Shown here: one piece after another, positions 9,968 to 19,386 of the stretch | Layout of the letters: every line of letters begins with the position of its first letter | Numbering within the stretch: position 1 is the stretch's first letter | Source: Escherichia phage T4 | Direction: 5' to 3' (one strand) | Length of the DNA stretch: 64,000 nucleotides | Sequence record: MZ375356.1 | Notes under the pieces: generated by a model | Seen by the model: only the letters and a program-made list of their open reading frames with translations | Databases searched by the model: none | What the model was told of the DNA's origin: nothing | Position numbers and translations under genes: made by a program

Positions 9968-10222
9968 TTATCCTACTACATCTTTAGTTCGTTTAATTTC
10001 TTTCCCAAAATTACCAAGAATATCCCGATTAACCAAATATGAAAGAAGACGAGACTCTTTAAAGGTTTTCTTGATAACATCTTTATCTACACGGCTAGAA
10101 ATTTTACGAATTTCATGAATAAATTTAGTAGAAGAAACAATACTTGCATCAACACTATTGAGCCACTGATTGATAATAGAAAGAACGCTATTTTGGCCAA
10201 ACATCGGTATAGCTATCATCAA
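9968..10222 (-). CDS. hypothetical protein (84 aa); a 57-codon open frame continues in another frame to about 9800
   Basis: ORF track plus hand translation of the gap 9800..9967. Confidence 0.4.
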   Translation of the reverse strand: MMIAIPMFGQNSVLSIINQWLNSVDASIVSSTKFIHEIRKISSRVDKDVIKKTFKESRLLSYLVNRDILGNFGKEIKRTKDVVG

Positions 10223-10288
10223 TAACGCTATTGAATGATTTGATATTCGTTACGAGTCATATTAATCTCCTCAGTAGAAAGTAAGAAC

Positions 10289-10319
10289 ATTATACCACAT
10301 CCTTGTGGCAAAGTAAACT
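10289..10319 (-). promoter_or_regulatory. T4 early-type promoter (GTTTAC ... GTGGTATAAT)
   Basis: Consensus-like -35 and extended -10 on minus strand upstream of ORF 9968..10222. Confidence 0.5.
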
Positions 10320-10348
10320 AGTTCAGTGCATTTAGTGCATTGTTCAGT

Positions 10349-10576
10349 TTAGAACGTTGTTGTCAGATTTTGAACCCTTGACTGAGCTTGTTCTAACGCC
10401 TTTTCAGCTTCTAGCACTTCATTGGTCGCTTTAACTAATTCAGCATCTACTGCCTTAAGAGACTTCTCAATCGCATCCGCGTGCCATTTTTCAACAGGTT
10501 TAAGACTTGGATTTTCAACAGGAAGAAAATTCACTTTATTGAATTTCCATGCATCTTTATTACCTGAGCTATACAT
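10349..10576 (-). CDS. hypothetical coiled-coil protein (75 aa)
   Basis: ORF track. Confidence 0.45.
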   Translation of the reverse strand: MYSSGNKDAWKFNKVNFLPVENPSLKPVEKWHADAIEKSLKAVDAELVKATNEVLEAEKALEQAQSRVQNLTTTF

Positions 10577-10604
10577 CCAAAATTTAGGATCGTTTGATAA
10601 GTAA

Positions 10605-11336
10605 TTAGATATTTAAGTTATCTTGCACTTCTTGCTTTTTCTCTTGTGTGACTTCGTCCTTTCTCAAAAATTCATATTTAAATGAAACGATCATATCAAG
10701 TTCATATGATGTTGTATCTAACTTAAATCGTTCAAAACGAGGTAAAATCTTAGATTGAACAGCAGCAACAACATCCATATACTTAAATGCTTCTGTCAAC
10801 TGCGATTTAAGGCATTCGCAAATTGAAAGAGAATTTTTTGTATTAGGTTTAAAGCTAATTCGTGCAGTTCTATTATTTTCTTTTAACGGTCTTACTTCCA
10901 TCTGAAGAGTATAACCATCAAATTTCAGATTCTTTAAGTTAATGTCAGAGCCTTTTAATCGACTAGCAGTAGACAAAATTTGCTTTAATTGTCTACGGAA
11001 CAGAGCAATAAATCTCCATTCAATACGATAATGATTTGGATTGAAAAATCCAGATGATAAATCGACCTTACTTTGACCAACGCCTTGAACAAATAGAGGA
11101 TTTTTATAATCAATAGTTTTACAGAAATCGGTGAGCTGTTCACGAGCAGTCATTTGAGTAATATACCCTGCTTTACTAAAATTACGCACCCATTCACTGC
11201 TATTCGTATACTTAAAGTGATGAATAACACGATTAACTTTATCAGGGTCTAAATTATTTTCACACAAAAATGTCATAACATCACGAGTATAGCTGGCATT
11301 ACGAACCATATCTTCAATTTGAGAACGAGTTTTCAT
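10605..11336 (-). CDS. hypothetical protein (243 aa)
   Basis: ORF track; no recognised motif. Confidence 0.55.
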   Translation of the reverse strand: MKTRSQIEDMVRNASYTRDVMTFLCENNLDPDKVNRVIHHFKYTNSSEWVRNFSKAGYITQMTAREQLTDFCKTIDYKNPLFVQGVGQSKVDLSSGFFNPNHYRIEWRFIALFRRQLKQILSTASRLKGSDINLKNLKFDGYTLQMEVRPLKENNRTARISFKPNTKNSLSICECLKSQLTEAFKYMDVVAAVQSKILPRFERFKLDTTSYELDMIVSFKYEFLRKDEVTQEKKQEVQDNLNI

Positions 11337-11344
11337 GGTGTTCC

Positions 11345-12175
11345 TTAAGATTTAAGTAAATCAACAATTTTAATTAACTTTTCACGCTCAGATTTAGCTT
11401 TACTACTCAATCCAGATAGTCTGAAAATTTCATCATATTGTTGAATAGAAATATTCAGCTCTTCAATTTGCTTATTAAAATAATCAATTTGTTCAGAATG
11501 TTTTTCGTTACTACGAACTGGTACAGGTTTTGTAGGCAATTTAGTTGAACTGGATTCATTCGGGCGATAAATTAAAATGCAATTTGAACCAATCGGGCAT
11601 TTAGCACCAGATGAATATTCTAACGTTCCAGCTTCTTTTAAAACTTCAAAAGCTAAACAGAGATGATGCCCCATATTAACATAATCAGTAGAGCGAGCTC
11701 TGATGTAATAATCATCTCCACGAGTGCTAAATTTAAAGCATTTAAGGTCTTCTGTATTATTAGTTTTAAAAATCATTTGTTTATCTAGACCTTTAGCCAA
11801 TCGAGCACCTAATGCTAATAATCGTCGTTGATTTTCCCACAAATCTGCGATCATTTGGTCAAATGATAATTTCGGCATTAGCCGACCATAAAGGTCATAT
11901 CCTTTATTATAATTGCGAAGGATTTCACTCGCATTAATACGAGACAACGCTCCAATTTTATTAAGGGCTTTCATAATACGATTAGATAAACTCATTCCAG
12001 ACCCGTTTGTTCGCTGTAAATGTTTTTCTAATCCAAATCCAATATCAACTTTAAATTTATCTAAAATTTCAGCATGAACATCTCTGTCAATAACATTCAA
12101 ATCCAAAGTTGGGTTAAATCTATGAAAAAATTTATCTGGCTCTCCACGACGTAAAACAGTCCATTCATTCATCAT
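11345..12175 (-). CDS. hypothetical protein (276 aa)
   Basis: ORF track; no recognised motif. Confidence 0.55.
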   Translation of the reverse strand: MMNEWTVLRRGEPDKFFHRFNPTLDLNVIDRDVHAEILDKFKVDIGFGLEKHLQRTNGSGMSLSNRIMKALNKIGALSRINASEILRNYNKGYDLYGRLMPKLSFDQMIADLWENQRRLLALGARLAKGLDKQMIFKTNNTEDLKCFKFSTRGDDYYIRARSTDYVNMGHHLCLAFEVLKEAGTLEYSSGAKCPIGSNCILIYRPNESSSTKLPTKPVPVRSNEKHSEQIDYFNKQIEELNISIQQYDEIFRLSGLSSKAKSEREKLIKIVDLLKS

Positions 12176-12238
12176 TTTTTATTAACTAAAGATTTAATTA
12201 CTGCGTTGACATTATTAATTACTACTGACATATTTTCC

Positions 12239-12472
12239 TCACTCAATTTTACCAATTACGCGGAATAAGATTGAACAGACTATATAAGTACCACATATAG
12301 ATTGAACTAATGCCATTCCAAAGAACCAAACAATATTATCAAACCATGTCTGTTTTACGTCGAAAGGACGTAAACTTACAGTAATATTATCACCTTTTTC
12401 TATTGAAGAATACATCTCTGGGGGAAATATATTCACTAAATCTATAACCGTCTTTGAGTTCATATACAGCAA
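12239..12472 (-). CDS. hypothetical membrane protein (77 aa)
   Basis: C-terminal hydrophobic helix; overlaps next ORF by 83 nt. Confidence 0.35.
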   Translation of the reverse strand: MLYMNSKTVIDLVNIFPPEMYSSIEKGDNITVSLRPFDVKQTWFDNIVWFFGMALVQSICGTYIVCSILFRVIGKIE

Positions 12473-12641
12473 TAAACGATAAACTAGACCCCTTTCCTTG
12501 AGTTCCTGTAAGGGTATTAACTACAGTAACATCATAATCTTTATAATGCATATAATCATTAATTGCGTAATAACCATATGCAATTACTATACATAAACAA
12601 CATATCAATAAATTCAATCTTTTAATTATCAACTGTTTCAT
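12390..12641 (-). CDS. hypothetical membrane protein (83 aa)
   Basis: N-terminal hydrophobic helix LLICCLCIVIAYGYY. Confidence 0.4.
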   Translation of the reverse strand: MKQLIIKRLNLLICCLCIVIAYGYYAINDYMHYKDYDVTVVNTLTGTQGKGSSLSFIAVYELKDGYRFSEYISPRDVFFNRKR

Positions 12642-12667
12642 AATAATCTCAATTAAAAGGGCTTAGA

Positions 12668-12700
12668 ACCATTATACCATCCTTAGTATAAAGCGGTTAT
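12668..12700 (-). promoter_or_regulatory. possible middle promoter (MotA-box-like GCTTTA about 12 nt upstream of GGTATAAT)
   Basis: -10 TATAAT with upstream GCTTTATA instead of GTTTAC. Confidence 0.3.
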
Positions 12701-13224
12701 GCGAGTACCGTATTTAACCGTTCTTCAAACTTCCGAAGAGTGTTCTGGCGTTCAGCTCTTTGCTTTTTGTAAGTTTCAATACGCTCTGAAATGAGAGTGT
12801 ATCGTTCATTTACTGATTCTTTCATAAAATCAGGAATTTCACGAGAAGCTTTAATCTCGTCAAATTTATCAATAACAGCTTGCTCTTCAGCAATTAAGTT
12901 ATCATACATCAAAATATCTTTCTTGATGAACTCAATATCTTCTTGAGTTACACGAGATAATTTAGATGCTTTATCCTTTTTGTACTGTTCGTTAGTATCA
13001 CGAGACCAGTGTAATGTACGATTTTTATTCGTATTCTTGTAAATTTCTACAATACCAATCTCATCGATAATAACGATCCAATTCCAACGGGATTTGTAAA
13101 TTTGTCCTCCATTAACAGTGATTTCACCTCCGATTGAGATGTCATTAAAGAACTTGCTTTGTGCTTCTGATTTAAATTTACCATCGTTGTAATTTACCAG
13201 GTTGAAAATATCTTTAGCGTTCAT
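12697..13224 (-). CDS. hypothetical protein; start taken at MNAKDIF downstream of promoter
   Basis: ORF 12697..13284; the N-terminal 20 codons of the track ORF overlap the promoter. Confidence 0.5.
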   Translation of the reverse strand: MNAKDIFNLVNYNDGKFKSEAQSKFFNDISIGGEITVNGGQIYKSRWNWIVIIDEIGIVEIYKNTNKNRTLHWSRDTNEQYKKDKASKLSRVTQEDIEFIKKDILMYDNLIAEEQAVIDKFDEIKASREIPDFMKESVNERYTLISERIETYKKQRAERQNTLRKFEERLNTVLA

Positions 13225-13248
13225 TTTGTGTTCCTCCGTAGTTGATAG

Positions 13249-13283
13249 TTGTATAGTACCACAGAGGAACGGTCTTGTAAACA
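13249..13283 (-). promoter_or_regulatory. T4 early-type promoter cassette (GTTTACA, 17-nt spacer, TACTATAC)
   Basis: Member of a near-identical repeat family, also at 14689, 15394, 21199. Confidence 0.45.
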
Positions 13284-13284
13284 A

Positions 13285-13599
13285 CTAAAAGAAACTTCTT
13301 TCACAATTTTTTCCACTGAACCAAGCGCTCACTGCTTTCTTAGTTTCAGGAGCAGTGTTATCCATAAACCATTCAAAGGCAGCCTTTTTATGATTCTGGA
13401 GGGCTTCTCGGGCTTTAATCTGCTCACGGTCTATTAACACTAACATATGAGCCTTTCTTGTCACCAGGGGCTTCTTATGATTTTTTGAATACTCCCAATC
13501 ATTTGTCCATCGCATCGTTGTTGCGAATTGAAATACAGCTTCTTTAATCTTAGTTTCGTAAATTTCACGAGCCTTTGAGTATAACATCATTACCTCCAT
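13285..13599 (-). CDS. hypothetical protein (104 aa)
   Basis: ORF track. Confidence 0.5.
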   Translation of the reverse strand: MEVMMLYSKAREIYETKIKEAVFQFATTMRWTNDWEYSKNHKKPLVTRKAHMLVLIDREQIKAREALQNHKKAAFEWFMDNTAPETKKAVSAWFSGKNCERSFF

Positions 13600-13689
13600 T
13601 TACCAGTTTAATTCTAGTCATCTTTTTGATGGCAGTCCATATAATCTATTTCTGAACTGCCTTTTTGTCTTAGAAGGCCTCTTATGAAT

Positions 13690-14670
13690 TTATTTCAGAA
13701 GAGTAACCGTAGCGATTTCTTCCCAACCGTTTTTGTCGGTCATAATAAAGTCAGCAAGATAAAGTGCAGTACGCAGTGAAACATTACGTAAACGGTTAAC
13801 ATTGACTTTCATCCATGATAATGCTTTATAAGTTTCTTCATCAGAAAGACCACGCTTTTGCATCATGTCGGTTGAAAGAATAACATCTTCAACCCTGACC
13901 ATAATTTCTTCATTAGTGTGAACACCCAAATCCAAATAAACTGAGCGGGACACTAATGCTTGTAAATGTGGAGCAAGTTTAGTACCACGGTCTAATTCGC
14001 GGTCAATGTCAACGTTTGTGATAAAAACAATTGTTCCTTTAAATTCAAACTCACGCTCAATGCCTTTTTCTTCTAAGTAAGAAGATGCAGTGCTCCAGCA
14101 GACTTTACGGGTCTCTCCAGTGTCCAGAGCAGCTTTCAGAAGATTAAGAATGTCCATATCAGAGAAAACATCCACATCATCAATCAAAAGGACAGAATTC
14201 TCTTCACGATTATTCCAAAGCTGTTCATAAAGACCGATACCAGAGATTTTACCGTTAATGCTTTTATACTCAATGTATCCAATATCATTTGCTTTATTCA
14301 AAGCTTTATCTAAAGAATATGTTTTACCAATACCCGCCGCACCAGAGATAATTAATGAACGAATATTTCCGTTAATAATACCATTCGTCATCATTCCCAT
14401 AACATTAAATCTTTTATTAATGCGGGTTTTCATATCTTCATATGATTCTTTAACTTCTTCAACTTTTACACCATCATATGAAATGTCTGATTTGTAAACC
14501 CAAACACCGCGACGTTTACCGTCAATTTCAACAAAAACTTTACCATCTCCTTGTGCATCTACCGGAGCATTATCAGGGAACCATTCACCTAAGAGCTCAA
14601 AAGTTCCAGAGATTTCTTTACCGAAGTAGATACCCTTATTGATAGTTACAGTTTTCATTTTATTCTCCAA
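13690..14670 (-). CDS. putative P-loop NTPase (AAA-like ATPase)
   Basis: Walker A GAAGIGKT and Walker B-like VLLIDDVD in a 326-aa ORF. Confidence 0.6.
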   Translation of the reverse strand: MENKMKTVTINKGIYFGKEISGTFELLGEWFPDNAPVDAQGDGKVFVEIDGKRRGVWVYKSDISYDGVKVEEVKESYEDMKTRINKRFNVMGMMTNGIINGNIRSLIISGAAGIGKTYSLDKALNKANDIGYIEYKSINGKISGIGLYEQLWNNREENSVLLIDDVDVFSDMDILNLLKAALDTGETRKVCWSTASSYLEEKGIEREFEFKGTIVFITNVDIDRELDRGTKLAPHLQALVSRSVYLDLGVHTNEEIMVRVEDVILSTDMMQKRGLSDEETYKALSWMKVNVNRLRNVSLRTALYLADFIMTDKNGWEEIATVTLLK

Positions 14671-14688
14671 ATCCGTATCAGTTGATAG

Positions 14689-14723
14689 TTGTATAGTACC
14701 ATAAAGCTTTATGCTTGTAAACC
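14689..14723 (-). promoter_or_regulatory. T4 early-type promoter cassette
   Basis: GTTTACA ... TGGTACTATACAACTATCAAC on minus strand. Confidence 0.45.
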
Positions 14724-14752
14724 GTTTTGTGAAAAAATTTTGAAATAAAAAA

Positions 14753-14770
14753 GGGAGCCCGAAGGCTCCC
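14753..14770 (-). terminator. stem-loop gggagcccgaaggctccc followed by T-run on minus strand
   Basis: Perfect 7-bp stem, CGAA loop, TTTTTTATTT. Confidence 0.55.
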
Positions 14771-14772
14771 TA

Positions 14773-15000
14773 TCATTTATAATAACTTCGATGGTTTTCA
14801 AGATAAACCCTCTCAAGGAAGTCATCCCAGAAACTCATGTCTACTTTTTGCTGCATACCGTTCTTAGAAGCTTCAGTAGATGCTGCTTCTATACCGTCGT
14901 ATGAATATCCTTCACAATGCTCAACTGCTAATTGATATGAATCTATTTCAATATCATGCGCTAATTTAATGATTTTTTCAAACTGTTCGCGTGTTAGCAT
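14773..15000 (-). CDS. hypothetical protein (75 aa)
   Basis: ORF track. Confidence 0.45.
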   Translation of the reverse strand: MLTREQFEKIIKLAHDIEIDSYQLAVEHCEGYSYDGIEAASTEASKNGMQQKVDMSFWDDFLERVYLENHRSYYK

Positions 15001-15002
15001 AC

Positions 15003-15248
15003 TTAAACTCTCGTATTATGATCGATAATTTCATCAAGAAACATATCTAACGCTTCTACAGCATTATTAACTTTAGCTTCAAATTCTTCAATACCTGATA
15101 AGGCAAAGTTAATGCGTTCCTCATCTGCTTTACGAATTAAAGCTACCAATTCCTTAATTTTATCCGCTTGTTCGATACTAATCATTATTCCACCACATGA
15201 AAGAGAGAATATTGCACACGCCATGTGAGTTGCAACTTCATCACACAT
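15003..15248 (-). CDS. hypothetical protein (81 aa)
   Basis: ORF track. Confidence 0.45.
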   Translation of the reverse strand: MCDEVATHMACAIFSLSCGGIMISIEQADKIKELVALIRKADEERINFALSGIEEFEAKVNNAVEALDMFLDEIIDHNTRV

Positions 15249-15393
15249 TATAACGTTTCTTAAGAAGTTCTACAAGTTCTTCACTAGTAACTTCATCCAT
15301 GTCGACGAAAAAATCACCATTAATGATGACGTAGATATTTCCTTCTTGATTGAGTGCTTCAATTTTCATGATGTTCTCCTCTTTATCCGATGG

Positions 15394-15428
15394 TTGTATA
15401 GTACCACAGCTCAAACGGAAAGTAAACC
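15394..15428 (-). promoter_or_regulatory. T4 early-type promoter cassette
   Basis: GGTTTAC ... TGGTACTATACAACC on minus strand. Confidence 0.45.
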
Positions 15429-15437
15429 GGTAAAATG

Positions 15438-15460
15438 AAAAAAAGTCTCCCGAAGGAGAC
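15438..15460 (-). terminator. stem-loop gtctcccgaaggagac followed by T-run on minus strand
   Basis: Inverted repeat plus TTTTTTT. Confidence 0.5.
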
Positions 15461-15465
15461 TAATG

Positions 15466-15852
15466 TTATTCGAGGGAAAGAAGATACTTACTCTGGTAAA
15501 ACATTCCAGTAATATCATCTATCGTGCTTTGGATGGCTGGAGGCATTTCTTTATAAATGCTGTTAGATTGGTCTAGTATGCGATCAATCATTTTAATTGT
15601 GTCGGTAGGAAGTTTACTGGCATCTGGAATTGAAGGCGTGTATTTTCGACCAGAATACCCCAAATATTGCTCACCAAATTTATCAATCAAATCTGGCAAC
15701 TCGGAAAAAATAAAATCGTATGCTTTGTGTCTAGCATAACTTTTAGTTTCAAAATGTGCAGAATGAAAATAAGCTTGTGCAGCCATTAATAAACCTAAGT
15801 ATTCATCTGCCTTTGAAGGTTTTCCACTTTGTGAAAAGTCGCTGAATTTCAT
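15466..15852 (-). CDS. hypothetical protein (128 aa), position of T4 rI.-1
   Basis: ORF track; immediately downstream of rI. Confidence 0.5.
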   Translation of the reverse strand: MKFSDFSQSGKPSKADEYLGLLMAAQAYFHSAHFETKSYARHKAYDFIFSELPDLIDKFGEQYLGYSGRKYTPSIPDASKLPTDTIKMIDRILDQSNSIYKEMPPAIQSTIDDITGMFYQSKYLLSLE

Positions 15853-16142
15853 TCAGTCTCCAATTTAATGTTCATAATTCTAGCGTATGATTGTGCCATC
15901 TCCGCGCCTCGCTCTATACATTCAAAATCAGAAGAGCACGGGTCATTTTTATAGGTCGTTCTCATAAAACTATAGAATTGTTCAGACGATTCTACGCTTT
16001 TATTTTCAAAAAGCATATAAACGTGCCTAATACCAGATTCCATAAATTTATCAAAATGAGGATCGACATTCGCTTCAATCGATGGAGATAAAACAAATGA
16101 CAATCCTAGCATGGCAAAAAGTGCTGTTGCTTTTAAGGCCAT
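15849..16142 (-). CDS. rI: RI lysis-inhibition antiholin
   Basis: 97 aa, MALKATALFAMLGLSFVLSPSIEA signal/anchor, recognised as T4 RI. Confidence 0.8.
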   Translation of the reverse strand: MALKATALFAMLGLSFVLSPSIEANVDPHFDKFMESGIRHVYMLFENKSVESSEQFYSFMRTTYKNDPCSSDFECIERGAEMAQSYARIMNIKLETE

Positions 16143-16398
16143 AAAGGCCTCCTATCATTTTTGTCCTGTATTTACTTTGTGCCGATGCACGGCCTTAACA
16201 TCAAGGTATTTTTCAAAATTTCGCAATAGTATAGTCTGCCGGAGATTGGTTGAGTGATACTTCTCGACGCAAAGCTGAAATGATATTTCCAACTTCCCTA
16301 CGAATTTCATCTAATTGAAGAACAGTAAGATTGCGAAGTTGCTTTTCAGTTAATTAGCATATACCCCTTTAGTTAGATACCTATTTATAACTTTTGCA

Positions 16399-16980
16399 CT
16401 AACCGAGCTTTTTAGTTAATTCATTCCAATGTTTTCTACACAAAGAAACATAAATTTCATCACCAATACAAATTTGATTACCTTCTTTAACTGGTGTTCC
16501 ATCTTCCATTAATCGAGCTGTCATAATCGCTTTTTTACCACAATGACAAACTGCTTTTAGTTCAATAAGTTTATCTGCAATCGCTAAAAGTTCTTTAGAA
16601 CCTTCAAATAATTTTCCAGCGAAATCAGTCCTTAGCCCATAAGCCATAACAGGAACATTATATGTATCAACAATTCGGCTCAATTGATGCACCTGTTCAG
16701 TTTTTAAAAACTGAGCTTCATCTACAAATACGCAATGAATATCTTTTTGTGCTTCAGCCCATTTATAGAACTCGAAAATATCCATATCATCTGTAATAAT
16801 ATTCGCTTCCTGCTTAATTCCAATGCGAGAAACGACTTCACAGACAGAATCGCGAGTATCAATAGCAGGCTTAAGAACTAATACACTCATTCCACGTTCT
16901 TTATAATTATGTGCAGCAGTCAAAAGAGAAGCAGATTTTCCAGCATTCATTGCTGCATAAGTAAAAATTAAACTCGCCAT
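16399..16980 (-). CDS. tk: thymidine kinase
   Basis: 193 aa, P-loop AAMNAGKSASLL, recognised as T4 Tk. Confidence 0.9.
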   Translation of the reverse strand: MASLIFTYAAMNAGKSASLLTAAHNYKERGMSVLVLKPAIDTRDSVCEVVSRIGIKQEANIITDDMDIFEFYKWAEAQKDIHCVFVDEAQFLKTEQVHQLSRIVDTYNVPVMAYGLRTDFAGKLFEGSKELLAIADKLIELKAVCHCGKKAIMTARLMEDGTPVKEGNQICIGDEIYVSLCRKHWNELTKKLG

Positions 16981-16981
16981 C

Positions 16982-17170
16982 TTAGTCCTTAGTTAAATTT
17001 TCTAAATATGTTTCTAAATCATTTTCAGCTTTATCGATAGATTTTACTAATTCGTAATATGTTTCGGCATCTCCATATTCAGAAGATATTTCAAAAGACA
17101 AATCCTTTTCTAAACTAATAATTTCACCAACTAAAAATAATATTTCGTTCTTTTGTTCGCGAGTAATCAT
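16982..17170 (-). CDS. hypothetical protein (62 aa)
   Basis: ORF track. Confidence 0.45.
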   Translation of the reverse strand: MITREQKNEILFLVGEIISLEKDLSFEISSEYGDAETYYELVKSIDKAENDLETYLENLTKD

Positions 17171-17349
17171 AAGGAATTTATATAATCAATGAGTTCTTGT
17201 TCTTTATTATCGAATTCTTTAGAAAGTTCTTCGTACTCGTTTGCGCTAAAAGGACCGCATTCATTACAAACTTTTTCCAATTCACTATTTTTATCCATAA
17301 CTTCGTGGATAAGAGAAAAGAGTGTCTTTTTGTTCTTTGCTTAAACTCA
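17170..17349 (-). CDS. hypothetical protein (about 59 aa, MSLSKEQKDTLFSLIHEVMDKN...)
   Basis: Hand-translated; ATGA overlap with downstream ORF; below the 60-aa ORF-track cut-off. Confidence 0.4.
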
Positions 17350-17981
17350 TAACCATGTCACCTTTAAGCAGTATTCTTCTACATGCTGTTTACGACCTTT
17401 CTTATCAATAGGTATATTCAACGAATGTTCCAATGTAGTCATCTACATCATGTGGACTATTAATTGGACATTTAGTGCGACAAATGCGTTCCCATTGACG
17501 AATAATTACTGCCTTATTCTTTGGGTCATATGGATGTGGATAATGTATATTCAATAATGGTTCCCAATCAACAATCACAATTTCTAATTTAGAGGAATAT
17601 GTATCTAAAATCCCCTCAAATATCCCAGTTCCCTTTACCTATGCCTGCACCAATCCTAGGCATATAGATTGTAGGTTTAATCAGTTTATTTTCACCAAAC
17701 TCATTTAATTCTAACATACAATTCATTAAAGCGGATACTCAATTTGGCCCTGGTTGAAATTGAGTATAAAGATTGAAGCAGTAAGCTTTATGAGTCCTAA
17801 AGTATTTTTCATAGACTGAGTAAGAACCGAGTTTAGTTACATCACCCCATTCAGTCTGTAATTTATCAGCTTCCAAAATTTTAGGGAAAGCTTTGGTTAA
17901 TTGACCCGCTACGCCTGAACCCATAGTATGAAAACAATTATCCATGTGCAATATTTTTACCTTCAGCGAAAAGGGCGACAA
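17350..17981 (-). pseudogene. macro-domain-like protein gene split across at least three frames
   Basis: Fragments ...NCFHTMGSGVAGQL..., ...IYMPRIGAGIGKGNWDI, ...ILDTYSSKLEIVIVDWEPL... in successive frames resemble the glycine-rich and C-terminal motifs of macro domains. Confidence 0.35.
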
Positions 17982-17989
17982 TATCGCCC
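17973..17989 (-). terminator. stem-loop gggcgacaatatcgccc with T-run on minus strand
   Basis: Inverted repeat downstream of ORF 18004..18351. Confidence 0.4.
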
Positions 17990-18003
17990 TTGATATTTTA
18001 CAA

Positions 18004-18351
18004 TCATCTAGTACTCAATCCTCGATTATAAGAATCTACCAAACGGTCAACCATTGAATGACAAGCGGCTTTATCTTTCTCCTCCGCAACTGAACATTCT
18101 AAGGTATTCCACTTTTTAGCATATCGTTTTAACAATGTATCGTTTTTGTATCTGCTTGATTTATCTCTTTCTCCGTCTTTATATGCATATATTAATTTCT
18201 GTGCAAATTCAGCTTGGCATGCCTTATTTTTCCCACAATAATCTGCCGCAGTGCGGTTTACATATTCTCTAATTTCAGTATATGATGTATCTGCTGACGC
18301 AGAAGCAGAAAATGAAATTAATCCTATACATAAAACCAAAATTTTAGTCAT
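18004..18351 (-). CDS. secreted Cys-rich hypothetical protein (115 aa)
   Basis: Signal peptide MTKILVLCIGLISFSASASA. Confidence 0.5.
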   Translation of the reverse strand: MTKILVLCIGLISFSASASADTSYTEIREYVNRTAADYCGKNKACQAEFAQKLIYAYKDGERDKSSRYKNDTLLKRYAKKWNTLECSVAEEKDKAACHSMVDRLVDSYNRGLSTR

Positions 18352-18889
18352 TTACTATTTCCAAAAGTTTATTATTTTTAAGGTAATTAGCCTTTTCTAG
18401 GACTTCAGAAGCATATTTAGAACCTGCTTTAACATTCCATCCCGAATTATAAGAGGATATTGCTTTTCTTATATCGCCCTTATGTATATTTAACCAATAA
18501 GAAAGTTCAATGTACGCCCAGGAAGCTGAATTGGATCGTTTATTCAACATTCTTTTTATTTCAGCATCGGTCATATTATAACCAAGTTCCTTAACTCTTG
18601 CTCGCATAGTAGGCAAATAATTTTGGAACATTCCGTAGGCGTGATGCTTTGGTTTAGATTTTAAATTAACTCCGCCAGAGCTTTCTTGCCATAAAATGGC
18701 AGCCATTATATGACCTAATCCGCTCTTGTGGATATTTTTGTGTGTTTTATATTTTCCATCCTTAGAAAATTGTTCCCCGAATTGATACGCGTAACGCATG
18801 TTATCGAGTTGGACATTACTGAAATTATGCTCGGAGCTATGTGCCATCATTGAAATGGCCAATAGACCAGCGAGTAGTGCTTTTCTCAT
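18344..18889 (-). CDS. secreted lytic transglycosylase-like protein (SLT domain)
   Basis: Signal peptide plus ILWQESSG...YGMFQ motif typical of family-1 lytic transglycosylases. Confidence 0.6.
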   Translation of the reverse strand: MRKALLAGLLAISMMAHSSEHNFSNVQLDNMRYAYQFGEQFSKDGKYKTHKNIHKSGLGHIMAAILWQESSGGVNLKSKPKHHAYGMFQNYLPTMRARVKELGYNMTDAEIKRMLNKRSNSASWAYIELSYWLNIHKGDIRKAISSYNSGWNVKAGSKYASEVLEKANYLKNNKLLEIVND

Positions 18890-18896
18890 GCTTACC

Positions 18897-19358
18897 TCAT
18901 TGAGTTTTAATTACTGCTTTAGAAGCCTTTCCTGGTAAACGACGACTGTTGATAATTGCCATCCTACATTGAAGTGACGGGTCTTTGAACTTCTCGTTAG
19001 GTTTACAAACTGTAAATCCAAGCCAAAGATTTCCATCTGTGATTTCTAAACGTCCAGGACGATATTCAACCCCATCAATAAAATCCTCGTCAATGTCAGG
19101 ACGCGGAGGCATACTCAGGAATTCATTAACTTCTAAAACATGGTCTTTTATTTTATGGAATAATTCAAAAACGTATGTCTCATCAATCTCCCGTTGAATT
19201 GCGCGATCAAGAAGATGTTGAGAATATTTTAGATGAAACGATGAGACTCCTGCTGCTTTTGATGCCTCACGAATCTCATTGTTAATTTGACGAAACTCCG
19301 ACTCAAAGTGACGACGAAGCTTATTTCGACGGATAAAAACTTCTGTATTGATAGTCAT
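18897..19358 (-). CDS. regB: RegB endoribonuclease
   Basis: 153 aa, MTINTEVFIRRNKLRRHFESEF..., recognised as T4 RegB. Confidence 0.85.
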   Translation of the reverse strand: MTINTEVFIRRNKLRRHFESEFRQINNEIREASKAAGVSSFHLKYSQHLLDRAIQREIDETYVFELFHKIKDHVLEVNEFLSMPPRPDIDEDFIDGVEYRPGRLEITDGNLWLGFTVCKPNEKFKDPSLQCRMAIINSRRLPGKASKAVIKTQ

Positions 19359-19386
19359 GTTATTCTCCTCTTAACTGATAGAAAAA

